From Candidatus Micrarchaeota archaeon (lineage in GTDB: Archaea; Micrarchaeota; Micrarchaeia; Norongarragalinales; JACRGE01), in the NCBI GenBank assembly GCA_016212465.1, contig JACRGE010000017.1:1-58210 (forward strand): a stretch of DNA of 58,210 nt. Reading direction: 5' to 3'. The translations under genes and the position numbers were made by a program. Positions 10,065 through 18,606 of this stretch are shown piece after piece (the stretch's first letter is position 1; every line of letters begins with the position of its first letter). The notes beneath the pieces were generated by a model that saw only the letters and a program-made list of their open reading frames with translations, was not told the DNA's origin and did not search any database.

Positions 10065-11309
10065 GTGGTGGGAGACGAAAACGAGTGTGCTTTCGCCAAA
10101 GCCCAATTGAAAAAACTGGAGAAATGCCTGAAGCTCTCTGAGTCCGAATTCAATCTTTTGAAAAAACCGAAGAGATCCCTGGCATTCACGATTCCGTTGA
10201 AAATGGATTCAGGGGAAATCGTTTTCTTAAACAGCTACCGCGTGCAATACAACGATGCGCTCGGCCCAACGAAGGGCGGCATCAGATTCCACTCTGAAGT
10301 GAATTTGGAGGAAGCGAAGACTCTAGCGTTTCTGATGGCATTGAAGTGTGCTTTGTTCGAGCTTCCGTACGGCGGTGCGAAGGGTGGCGTGGAAGTGAAT
10401 CCCCGCGCGCTTTCAAAAGCCGAGCTTGAGAGGCTGAGCCGGGGTTTCGTGAGGGAAATCCATAATTTCATCGGCCCTGACTTGGACATTCCAGCCCCAG
10501 ACATCAACACCGACGAGCAGGTGATGGCGTGGATGTTCGACGAATACTCAAAGATCAAAGGCAGGCTGGCTCCAGGCGTCTTTACTGGAAAGCCGTTGGC
10601 TTTAGGTGGCTCAAAAGGCAGAGACGTTGCGACTGCAATGGGAGGAGCATACATCCTTAGGCTGCTTGAGGCAATGGATGAATTGAATCCCTGTGAGTTG
10701 AGATTGGCCATACAAGGCTTTGGAAACGCTGGCCTGAATGCAGCCAGAATCCTTTGCGAGCGCGGCTATAAGATAATTGCTTTGAGCAATTCCCGTCAAG
10801 GGATATACAATAAACAAGGCCTGGACATTCCATTCATCATCTCCAATTATAGAGAAAGATGGTTTCCTGAAATGGAGGGAGTTGAACCTATATCGAACAA
10901 CGAACTGCTTGAACTGGACTGCGACGTACTAATTCCTGCTGCCCTGTCCAACCAGATTACCGCAGAAAACGCTGAACGCGTGAAAGCCCGCATTGTAGTG
11001 GAACTAGCCAATGCGCCAACTGCGCCTGAGGCAGACGACATTCTTTTCAGGAACGGAGTCAAGGTGCTTCCAGACATTCTCGCGAATGCAGGCGGAGTGA
11101 TTGTCAGCTACTTTGAGTGGATACAGAACTCATCCAACGAGTACTGGAGTGAGCAAAAGGTTTTTGAGAGGCTTGAGAAGACGATGGAGAATGCATTTTA
11201 TCAGATTGTGCGAACATCCCAACAAGAAAAATGCGATTACAGAACCGCGTCATATATAATCGCGGTAATGAACATACTCAATGCAGAAAGGCTTCGGGGA
11301 AGCCTATAG
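10065..11309 (+). CDS. gdhA: Glutamate dehydrogenase (Glu/Leu/Phe/Val dehydrogenase family)
   Basis: Catalytic block PYGGAKGGV and Rossmann motif GFGNAGLNAARIL. GTG start preceded by AGGTGA. Confidence 0.85.
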   Translation: MVGDENECAFAKAQLKKLEKCLKLSESEFNLLKKPKRSLAFTIPLKMDSGEIVFLNSYRVQYNDALGPTKGGIRFHSEVNLEEAKTLAFLMALKCALFELPYGGAKGGVEVNPRALSKAELERLSRGFVREIHNFIGPDLDIPAPDINTDEQVMAWMFDEYSKIKGRLAPGVFTGKPLALGGSKGRDVATAMGGAYILRLLEAMDELNPCELRLAIQGFGNAGLNAARILCERGYKIIALSNSRQGIYNKQGLDIPFIISNYRERWFPEMEGVEPISNNELLELDCDVLIPAALSNQITAENAERVKARIVVELANAPTAPEADDILFRNGVKVLPDILANAGGVIVSYFEWIQNSSNEYWSEQKVFERLEKTMENAFYQIVRTSQQEKCDYRTASYIIAVMNILNAERLRGSL

Positions 11310-11313
11310 CTTC

Positions 11314-11865
11314 CTATGCTCCTAGAATCAAGTGCTTTAATGCATCTCCTGCGAGGAAACCGACCGCTGCACCGATGAGTCCGATGAGAACATATCGGAT
11401 GCCGCTTTTCCAGGCATTCCACCGGTATATACTTCCTATGTAATAACCGAGGAAGAAGAGCAGCGAAATGGATAACACCACGCATAAAACCATTGCATTC
11501 CCTATCTTGTCTACGAGAAAGAACGGAAGCGTGGGAATGAAGAGCGCAAGGAGAGAGGAAAAGAAACTCAGCAGAGCACTTTGGATGATGTCGCTATGCG
11601 TGTGCAGGTACTCGGTTCCGTCTCTTTTTTTCTTCTTTTCATAAAACCTCAGTTGCATGCCTCTTTCAGCAGATTCTGAAGTATAGAAACCAATCGCGTT
11701 CCCGAAGCTGTTTGCGATGCCACCGATGAGACCAGAGACGATAACAATCTTGGCGTTGCCGGTTGCCTCGCTTACGCCTATAAGAATTCCCAGCAAGGTT
11801 ACGATTCCGTCCATTAAGCCGAATGCAATTCCCTGAAAATGCTCGAAGAAATTTATTCCAGCCAT
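11314..11865 (-). CDS. VIT1/CCC1-family iron/manganese transporter
   Basis: GLMDGIVTLLGILIGVS and GLIGGIANSFGNAIGFYTSE blocks are typical of VIT (DUF125). Start taken at the ATG after GGGGGTGG; the track ORF extends to 11886. Confidence 0.7.
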   Translation of the reverse strand: MAGINFFEHFQGIAFGLMDGIVTLLGILIGVSEATGNAKIVIVSGLIGGIANSFGNAIGFYTSESAERGMQLRFYEKKKKRDGTEYLHTHSDIIQSALLSFFSSLLALFIPTLPFFLVDKIGNAMVLCVVLSISLLFFLGYYIGSIYRWNAWKSGIRYVLIGLIGAAVGFLAGDALKHLILGA

Positions 11866-11879
11866 GGCCACCCCCGTGA

Positions 11880-13562
11880 TTACCACCCAAGCGTTTCCTT
11901 CACCACTTTAACGATTTCTCTTACTTCGCTTAAATAGCTTAGCACGAGGTACAATGTAGCCAACACTAAGGCAAGAAATATGATTCTCTTAGGTTTTTTG
12001 GTCATCCAAACAACAAAACTCCTCAAAGGCTTGAACAGAAGGTAGTTAATGGTTTTCCAAATTATTTTCAGAATCAGATCAACGAACCACAGAACGAATA
12101 CTCCAACATAACGCAAAAACCCTTTGAACCATCTAAATGTTTTACCATTCTTCCTCTGCACTTCCGCTCTATTCACCACATCCTTCTTTCCCGTGGGGTT
12201 TTCAAGGATGCGGCTGAACGGCAGAACTCCCTTCTCTCTGCGCCCGTACTTCTTGCTTAACTCATTCTTTCTTGCTGAACTGATTAGCTCCGCTTCATCC
12301 ACCACGTCCATAAAGCTCTTCGGGGGATACCACACCACCTTCAAAGGCTCCAGCGCCTTCCCTCTTTCATCCAACGAGGACACAAACGAAACTCCTGCCT
12401 CCAATTTTTTTAACTCTTCTTCAAGTTTGTAGAACGACGATGGTGGAAAGCTTTTTGCAGTATTTCTGATGTCCACTAATTCCTTTCCCGTGAAAGCCCG
12501 GACAGCAAATTGTATCTTCGTGCCAAGCATCTTCCGGATTTGTTCAGGCAAATCGCTTGCGTCTTGGGTGATGAAAAAAACTCCGACTCCCTTCGAGCGA
12601 ATCTGCCGCAACACGTTCGCCATCAAGCTGACCAGCGTTTTGTTGGCTCCTTCAAAAAGATAGTGAGCCTCATCGAAAAAAATCACGAGCTTCGGCTTTT
12701 CTACTTCGCCGACGTCAGGAAAGTCTTTGAACACCTCGTATAAAATAAATCCAATTATGATGGAAAAATATTCGCTCTTCCGCCTCACGTCTGCCAAATT
12801 GAGCACGTTTATTCTGCTTTCTCTAATCAGGTCCACTATTTCAAGCGAAGGCTCTCCAAACAATTCACCAAACCCCTCTGCTTCAAGCTCGGCCATTTTC
12901 CGGAGAACGACATCCATTGAATTCGCGTTTATTCCAGCCATTTCATCAGGATTTGCTTTGAGCTCTTCAATCAAGTTCATTACTTCCCTCCAGTCACTCA
13001 GCCTCCGTCCTTTCCTGGATGCGTAGATGAATGCAGTTACTAGGTGGCTTTCCTGCGTTGGATTCAAGCCCATGAGCCTTGAGAGAAGAATGGGGTCAAC
13101 ATCGCCGATGCTCAACCTCAGTGGAATCAACCGCTCAGTCGCGCTCCAGTAATTAGTTGGATATGCTTTTGGCGACCAATCATAACTGGTTTCAGTTGCC
13201 CTTTGCCTCGCCCTTTCTTCAGACCCTTCCGTCGCGCACCCAGACACGTCGCCCTTTACGTCACTCAATAGAACTGGTATTCCTGCTTCGCAAAGCATTT
13301 CAGCCATTTCTTGGACTGCACGTGATTTTCCTGTTCCAGTGCTTCCTGCAATCAATCCGTGCTTGGTAAGACTGGAGAACGGAATCCTCACCTTAAAGGA
13401 AGTGAGCGTTCTTTCCCCCAGCACGGGCCTGCCGAGCGGAATCCCTTCCTGCGAAGAGTACTCTTCAACTAGCTTCTTGAACTCATTAAGCGTTCCCTTT
13501 TTGGGTGTTTTCGGCATTACATCAATTAGAATAAGCGCAAGGATATATAAAATCAGCCACAC
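11880..13562 (-). CDS. HerA-like / DUF853 (YjgR-type) P-loop NTPase with terminal membrane segments
   Basis: Walker A AGSTGTGKSRAV, then LLSDVKGDVSG (DUF853 hallmark), Walker B VIFFDEAHYLF. Hydrophobic N-terminus (WLILYILALILI) and two C-terminal hydrophobic helices. Confidence 0.75.
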   Translation of the reverse strand: MWLILYILALILIDVMPKTPKKGTLNEFKKLVEEYSSQEGIPLGRPVLGERTLTSFKVRIPFSSLTKHGLIAGSTGTGKSRAVQEMAEMLCEAGIPVLLSDVKGDVSGCATEGSEERARQRATETSYDWSPKAYPTNYWSATERLIPLRLSIGDVDPILLSRLMGLNPTQESHLVTAFIYASRKGRRLSDWREVMNLIEELKANPDEMAGINANSMDVVLRKMAELEAEGFGELFGEPSLEIVDLIRESRINVLNLADVRRKSEYFSIIIGFILYEVFKDFPDVGEVEKPKLVIFFDEAHYLFEGANKTLVSLMANVLRQIRSKGVGVFFITQDASDLPEQIRKMLGTKIQFAVRAFTGKELVDIRNTAKSFPPSSFYKLEEELKKLEAGVSFVSSLDERGKALEPLKVVWYPPKSFMDVVDEAELISSARKNELSKKYGRREKGVLPFSRILENPTGKKDVVNRAEVQRKNGKTFRWFKGFLRYVGVFVLWFVDLILKIIWKTINYLLFKPLRSFVVWMTKKPKRIIFLALVLATLYLVLSYLSEVREIVKVVKETLGW

Positions 13563-13763
13563 TCCTTCATAAAAGTAGGTGGTTCTGAGCTTAGCTGAAA
13601 ATATTGGGTTTTTCTAGAGGAGAAAATAGCTAAACCCACAGTTTGGCTAATTGGCTTCCAAGATCACATCTAGCATCAAATTCCGCTTTTGAAAAAATCG
13701 TGAAATTACGAGGGAGATATTTTCAACAGGGCCTGACTCTGAAAGAATCTCTTTCACCGATGA

Positions 13764-14129
13764 CTAAACGCGCTTACGCTTTTGCTGAATCGGGTTGTTT
13801 GCGGTATCGTACCTTCCCGCAGCCAAGCTTTTTTCCATTCTTCTTTGGTTCTTGATACTCTCAACTTCATTTGCTGTTATCTTGTAAATCAAGTAGTCAG
13901 AGTAGCTGAGGGAAGAACCATTCCTCTTCAAACCGTTGCCGTTCCTCAGGTTACCGTTTCTTGCCTTGCAGATTTGTTCCTTGATTGATTGCAGGTCTTT
14001 GTTGGAAACCGTTTTCAAGACCATCGTGGACTCGCATGAAGGACAGACCTCCGCCTTCGTTTCGTAGTTCCAGAGTTGCTTGGTTCCACAAGAGCCGCAA
14101 GTTACAAGGATGATTTTCAACCCATTCAC
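13764..14129 (-). CDS. Small zinc-ribbon protein, function unknown
   Basis: CGSCG...x14...CPSC zinc ribbon, an Asn/Gly-rich linker and a basic C-terminus. Start uncertain: GTG at 14129 lies downstream of a TATAATA element; the track ORF extends to 14171. Confidence 0.45.
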   Translation of the reverse strand: MNGLKIILVTCGSCGTKQLWNYETKAEVCPSCESTMVLKTVSNKDLQSIKEQICKARNGNLRNGNGLKRNGSSLSYSDYLIYKITANEVESIKNQRRMEKSLAAGRYDTANNPIQQKRKRV

Positions 14130-14231
14130 AGCTACACCCCACAATAAGACACTATTATATGGTAGTAACACTAAATAAACCTGTCGTTTTCGAAGGGGGT
14201 TTTTAAAGGGGCATTTGCCCTATTCCTTGTT

Positions 14232-14759
14232 ATGGAATCTTACGATCCTGAAAAAATAGTATCTATACGGGGCCTCTTAGCCAGAAAACCAAAATCAATT
14301 ATGCGTCTTTTAAATATTATTAAAAAAAAGCCACTTACAGAAGAAGCCATAGACAAGCTAGTGGCGGAGGGTTGGAAAGTAGTTCCAACCGATGATCACT
14401 CCTCTTTTGTGAACCGTCGTAAAAAAATAATTGGGTTGAAAACGGATTTCAAGGAGCTCCAAAGGGATGTTTCCTTTCTTCATGAAGTGGCTCATGCTTT
14501 TTATGGCCAGGCTTTGACCCACAACCACCCACTTGACCCGGATACTGTTGAAACCTTTTGGTTTACCGACTGGCTGGCAAAGCAATGGAGAAGAAACCCC
14601 GAACTTCTTCGGCACGCGATTCTGAAATTCGGCCTCGAGCCCCGCATTTATGACCATGTTACTCGAAAAGCTTTTTCTGAACAAAGAACGCCCGAACAAT
14701 TCGTTTTGCCAGGCATGGAACCTAAATCCAACGGGCGCAGAAAAACAATCCGGAAATAG
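14232..14759 (+). CDS. Hypothetical protein with HExxH metallopeptidase-like motif
   Basis: FLHEVAHAF is the only recognisable signature, and there is no other family match by eye. Confidence 0.45.
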   Translation: MESYDPEKIVSIRGLLARKPKSIMRLLNIIKKKPLTEEAIDKLVAEGWKVVPTDDHSSFVNRRKKIIGLKTDFKELQRDVSFLHEVAHAFYGQALTHNHPLDPDTVETFWFTDWLAKQWRRNPELLRHAILKFGLEPRIYDHVTRKAFSEQRTPEQFVLPGMEPKSNGRRKTIRK

Positions 14760-14800
14760 CCTGCAAATCAACCCTTAAATCCCAGCTTTCCATATCATAC

Positions 14801-14859
14801 CGATGATGAAATCGTCCCAGACTGACCGAAAGGAATGAGGAGCGAGGTAGCTACTGAAG
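14801..14859 (+). ncRNA. C/D box sRNA (2'-O-methylation guide) candidate
   Basis: C box ATGATGA 14803-14809, 12-nt guide, D' CTGA 14822-14825, 9-nt spacer, C' ATGAGGA 14835-14841, 12-nt guide, D CTGA 14854-14857. Lies in an intergenic spacer with a TTAAAT element about 23 nt upstream. Confidence 0.7.
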
Positions 14860-14925
14860 CCAATTAATAGGCTATGCTAATTGAAAAGAAGGGACACTCG
14901 GAAAGGGGATTGGAATAAAAGGAGT

Positions 14926-15678
14926 TTATCGTCCAGAAGGCGCCTTCATTAACTCGTATGCATCCTTCACGTTTCTTACCTCAATTACTTTGATGCCGGT
15001 TTCTTTTTCTATATCAACTTCCTTGAACGTGGTAGAGCACTGCCTTATGATCGCATTCCCCATCCTTTGCTCGCTGCATTTTTCAACTGGAACCCTTTGA
15101 ACCGCCTCGCCTTCAGGGACGAGAATAGTAGTGAATCCATTTTCCTTGGAAACTTCTGCCTTTTCAAGCACGTTGCCCACTGCACCAATGCTTCCATCCT
15201 CTTCAACGGTGCCTGTTACAATCATTTGTTCCTTCAATTTCTCTCCATCCAAGAGCGCGATAGTTGCGACAGTTATGGCCGCTCCCGCGCTTCTCCCTCC
15301 AACCATCTCGGAATCAGCTGTTATGCTATAGTAAATGTTTTTGTCGCTCAAGCTCTGGCCAGTAATTTTTTTCGCGGTCTCCACCGCAGTCCTGAAAGAT
15401 GTTTGGGTGTCTGGGTTTATGATGGGGTTTTCCTTGTCTATCTTCACGTAAAAACCCCCGTTGCCTTTCGTTAGTTCTACCTCAAGGTTTCCTAGCACGC
15501 CTTTGCCGTTCTTGTCAACAGCTGGCAGTTTCAGCGACACCTTCCCAAGTAAATTCGTTGAATCCGAGAACGTTCCCTCCCTGAAAATCTTCAATTCCGC
15601 AGAGGGCTTCGTTTCATAGCCTATGTAGAACGCCATGACAACGAAGAAAACCAAGAGTGCAACCATTATCTTTCTCAT
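14926..15678 (-). CDS. Membrane-anchored S16 (Lon C-terminal proteolytic domain) serine peptidase
   Basis: N-terminal TM helix. GGRSAGAAITVA (Lon catalytic Ser block) and TGTVEEDGSIGAVGNVLEKAEVSKENGFTTILVP (Lys block). The track ORF begins at GTG 15687. Confidence 0.7.
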   Translation of the reverse strand: MRKIMVALLVFFVVMAFYIGYETKPSAELKIFREGTFSDSTNLLGKVSLKLPAVDKNGKGVLGNLEVELTKGNGGFYVKIDKENPIINPDTQTSFRTAVETAKKITGQSLSDKNIYYSITADSEMVGGRSAGAAITVATIALLDGEKLKEQMIVTGTVEEDGSIGAVGNVLEKAEVSKENGFTTILVPEGEAVQRVPVEKCSEQRMGNAIIRQCSTTFKEVDIEKETGIKVIEVRNVKDAYELMKAPSGR

Positions 15679-15752
15679 GCGAAACACTGATGATAATAGA
15701 GGCGTCCTTCCCTATAAAATCCTTTTTATGCGATTCAGTTGAAAAGAAAAGT

Positions 15753-16086
15753 GCGGCAGGCACCAAGGCTCGAATAAGAGGCAAACTGGCCGGTTTCCAA
15801 GCCCGAACCTCCACCTCGTATCTCACGAGCATGCCTTGCTTTGTTTAGAGTTGCTTCCTTCGGGGGGAGAAACCAAGGTTTCTCCTTCCGCAAACCTCTT
15901 CCTTGGTTTCCCGCTATTCCGATCTGGCTCGGTTCGCAAAACACGGCATAACGCAAGGCAAGGCTTCGACGGCCGGACATGGGCCAAACAGCTGCTTCTT
16001 ACCTCTCCTAGGCATCGCCCACCGTAAAGTGAATTGGTGTGGCCTGAAGGCCTAGAGGACCACTAACCCTCCAGCTAGCCCGCCGC
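15753..16086 (-). ncRNA. Signal recognition particle RNA (archaeal 7S RNA)
   Basis: A 9-bp closing helix pairs the 5' end GCGGCGGGC with the 3' end GCCTGCCGC. Internal GAACCGAGCCAGATCGGAATAGCGGGAAACC resembles the conserved helix-8 region (CCAGGCCCGGAAGGGAGCAAC). TATA-like TATTTTTAA sits about 25 nt upstream and an oligo-T tract follows. Track ORFs 15614-16027 here are spurious. Confidence 0.75.
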
Positions 16087-16178
16087 ATTATACTGGCGTA
16101 TTTGGATTAAAAATAGGTTTTGCTAAATGCATGCGGGCATCCTGAGGGGAAAGGTTTTTAATGTTTTCAAATTAATAT

Positions 16179-16197
16179 GTGTTAATGGCGTTAACAC
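16179..16197 (+). promoter_or_regulatory. Perfect 7-bp inverted repeat (GTGTTAA-N5-TTAACAC) between the TATA-like element and the ftsZ start
   Basis: Read directly from the sequence. Lies 40-60 nt upstream of the ftsZ ATG, just downstream of AT-rich TATA-like elements at 16153-16178. Confidence 0.3.
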
Positions 16198-16239
16198 GTC
16201 TTAATCCGAGTTCGTACGGTGGTACGGGAGCTGGTTTTG

Positions 16240-17313
16240 ATGGAGGACATTTTGAAGGATGCGTTAAAAGGTCAATTGAAGAGCGGCAACAGGATCTCTG
16301 AGGAAGGACTTTTTGTAACCCCACGCATCATGGTCATAGGAACAGGTGGCGCTGGATGCAATTCAATAAACAGGCTCGCCAAGATGGGAGTAAAGGGAGC
16401 AGAGCTCGTTGCAATCAACACGGACAGGATGCACCTCACAACTGTTTCAGAGAGCGCAAAAAAGATTTTGATTGGAGCTTCCATTACAAGGGGCTTGGGT
16501 GCAGGAGGCTATCCTGAGATAGGTGCGAAGGCAGCGGATGTTTCCAGAGATGCGTTAGAAAAGCTAATGGACGGCGCTGACCTATTGTTCCTTACCGCAG
16601 GAATGGGTGGTGGCACTGGAACTGGATCCTCTCCAATCATTGCGGAGCTCGCAAGAAAACAGGGTGCGATCGTCATCTCGATTGTTACTTACCCATTTGC
16701 TCTTGAGAGGGCGAGGCTGGAGAAAGCAGATGCAGGACTCGAGAACCTTAGGGCGCAAGCTGATACGATCATCGTCATAGACAACAACAGGCTTGTTCAA
16801 ATAGTTCCAAACCTTCCAATAGACCAGGCTTTTAATGTAGCTGATGAGATCATCGCCAGGGCTGTGCGGGGCATTACGGAAACCATTACCACCCCCTCTT
16901 TGATCAACCTTGATTTTGCTGACGTAAGGGCAGTCATGAGCAATGGCGGAGTCAGCATGATAGCAGTTGGAGAAGCCAAGGGGCCGAATAGGGTTGAAGA
17001 AGTTGTTAGGAATACTCTTTCCCATGCTTTGCTGGACGTGGACTACACTGGTGCGACTGGTGTTTTGCTTCACGTCACTGGGGGAGGAGACATGACTCTC
17101 GGAGAATGCAATGCAATCGGCGAAGCACTTACTGATCGAGTTGACCCGAATGCGACCGTGATCTGGGGCGCGAGAATCGATCCTGCTTTCGAGGGAAAGA
17201 TAGAAGCGATCGCTATTTTCACTGGCATAAAGAGTCCCTACCTCTTGGGAAAGCCTACCAAGGTGCCTAAGAAGTGGGGGGAAGAACGCGTTGAAGAAAT
17301 AGAGTTTCTTTAG
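16240..17313 (+). CDS. ftsZ: Cell division protein FtsZ
   Basis: [13 protein letters not shown] and the tubulin signature [13 protein letters not shown]. Start placed at the ATG after GGGAG; the track ORF begins at 16219. Confidence 0.9.
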   Translation: MEDILKDALKGQLKSGNRISEEGLFVTPRIMVIGTGGAGCNSINRLAKMGVKGAELVAINTDRMHLTTVSESAKKILIGASITRGLGAGGYPEIGAKAADVSRDALEKLMDGADLLFLTAGMGGGTGTGSSPIIAELARKQGAIVISIVTYPFALERARLEKADAGLENLRAQADTIIVIDNNRLVQIVPNLPIDQAFNVADEIIARAVRGITETITTPSLINLDFADVRAVMSNGGVSMIAVGEAKGPNRVEEVVRNTLSHALLDVDYTGATGVLLHVTGGGDMTLGECNAIGEALTDRVDPNATVIWGARIDPAFEGKIEAIAIFTGIKSPYLLGKPTKVPKKWGEERVEEIEFL

Positions 17314-17457
17314 TCTCTTCTTTTTCCTTTTAGTTTATCCACTGCTTTTTTGGAGAGCATAATCATTTATTTCTTTCCCACCCTTTCCTATTTTTCTTCT
17401 TCTGCGTAGATAGGCTTACGCAAATGGTTTTACAGAATAAACCTTTATGGTTTCCAA

Positions 17458-18585
17458 CTATTCTTTTACGAAATAAAGGGTTGCAACGGAAGCAATGCAT
17501 AACACGATTGCAGCTGTAATGAACGCCCAATCTCCAAATGAGTTCCAAAGAAATCCCGCCAAGAGTGAAGCTGGCAATGCAAGGAGGCCGACAATCAATT
17601 GAAAGCCACCCAAGGCGCTGCCCCGCGTCTGCTTGGGTGCAAGCTCTGAAACAAACGCCTTTTGAACAGGCTCCACCGCCGCTTTGTACAATCCGTATAG
17701 CGTGAACGCAATCCACCCAATCCAAAAGCTTATGTAATAGAATGCGGAGAGGGAAGCGATGTAGAATCCTATTCCAACGCCCAACACTTTCTTTCTTCCT
17801 ATTTTGTCAGCTAGTCTGCCGAATGGAAGTGAAAAGACTGCGGCAACGAGGCTGTAGAAAAGGTACAAGACAATAGTTTGGGGAATGGAGAATTCTCTCC
17901 TGCTCACGTAAAGCAACAGAAAGGAATAAGAAAATGCGGCAAGCGAAAGAAAAGCAGTTGAGGCGAAGAACAGCCAAATGGGTTTGCCCCATCCTTTGAA
18001 CGAAATCTTCTTCCAAACTCCGTTTCCGCCTTTTTTTTCTTTCACGAAAAAGAAAATCATTGCAGCAGCAATAAGAGAGGGAATCGCGGCGACGAGGAAA
18101 ATAGTTGTAAGGGGCAGCAGAAAAACAAGGATTATAGAAAGAGTTATTCCTACTACGGCACCGAAATTGTCCATGGCCCTCAAAAAACCGAAGTTTGCTC
18201 CCCTGTCTTTTTCAGTGCTTTCGTCCGCAACCATCGCGTCCCTCGGCGCTCCCCTTATTTTTCCCACGCGATCAAGGATTCGGAAGGGAATCAGCCACTG
18301 CCAACTAGAAGCAAGGGCATAGCCTATTCTCGAGAGGCCTCCCAGGGAATAGCCGGTCCAAATGAACACTTTTCTTCTTCCCGTCTTGTCCGACAAATAG
18401 CCTGAAGCCACTTGGGAAAGCGCGACGATTGCGTCTCCTAGTCCGTCGAGAAAACCCAACACTACGAGGGAAGCGCCTGCAAAAGAAGTGACGAAAAAAG
18501 GCCAAATCGGATAGATTATCTCGGCGCCCATGTCCTGCAAGAAAGAGCCGATGCCGAAAAGGGTAATAATTTTTTTTCTTGGCAT
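17458..18585 (-). CDS. MFS transporter
   Basis: About 12 TM helices with an MFS loop motif (SDKTGRRKV / GRLADKIGRKKVL). Confidence 0.75.
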   Translation of the reverse strand: MPRKKIITLFGIGSFLQDMGAEIIYPIWPFFVTSFAGASLVVLGFLDGLGDAIVALSQVASGYLSDKTGRRKVFIWTGYSLGGLSRIGYALASSWQWLIPFRILDRVGKIRGAPRDAMVADESTEKDRGANFGFLRAMDNFGAVVGITLSIILVFLLPLTTIFLVAAIPSLIAAAMIFFFVKEKKGGNGVWKKISFKGWGKPIWLFFASTAFLSLAAFSYSFLLLYVSRREFSIPQTIVLYLFYSLVAAVFSLPFGRLADKIGRKKVLGVGIGFYIASLSAFYYISFWIGWIAFTLYGLYKAAVEPVQKAFVSELAPKQTRGSALGGFQLIVGLLALPASLLAGFLWNSFGDWAFITAAIVLCIASVATLYFVKE

Positions 18586-18606
18586 GAGAGCACGTTTTGA
18601 AAGAGT

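Noticed and set aside
10235-10711. 158-aa ORF antisense to gdhA, with similar antisense ORFs at 19923-20447 in glyS, 51082-51516 in the surface protein gene and 2058-2447 in lysA
   Set aside because: Each is embedded in a gene with strong family motifs on the other strand. The sequences are low-complexity and Ser/Pro/Ala-rich, typical of shadow ORFs.
15688-15752. CTGATGA box-C-like motif upstream of the S16 peptidase gene as another C/D sRNA
   Set aside because: No CTGA D or D' box occurs at the required 12-nt spacing. The region is better explained as the peptidase promoter (TATAAAA-like element on the minus strand) plus the SRP RNA terminator.
15614-16027. Track ORFs 15614-15832, 15657-15848, 15735-15980 and 15836-16027
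   Set aside because: They overlap the SRP RNA, which has a closing helix, a helix-8-like conserved block, a promoter and a T-tract terminator. The RNA interpretation explains the region better. The same reasoning applies to ORF 7024-7224 over RNase P RNA.
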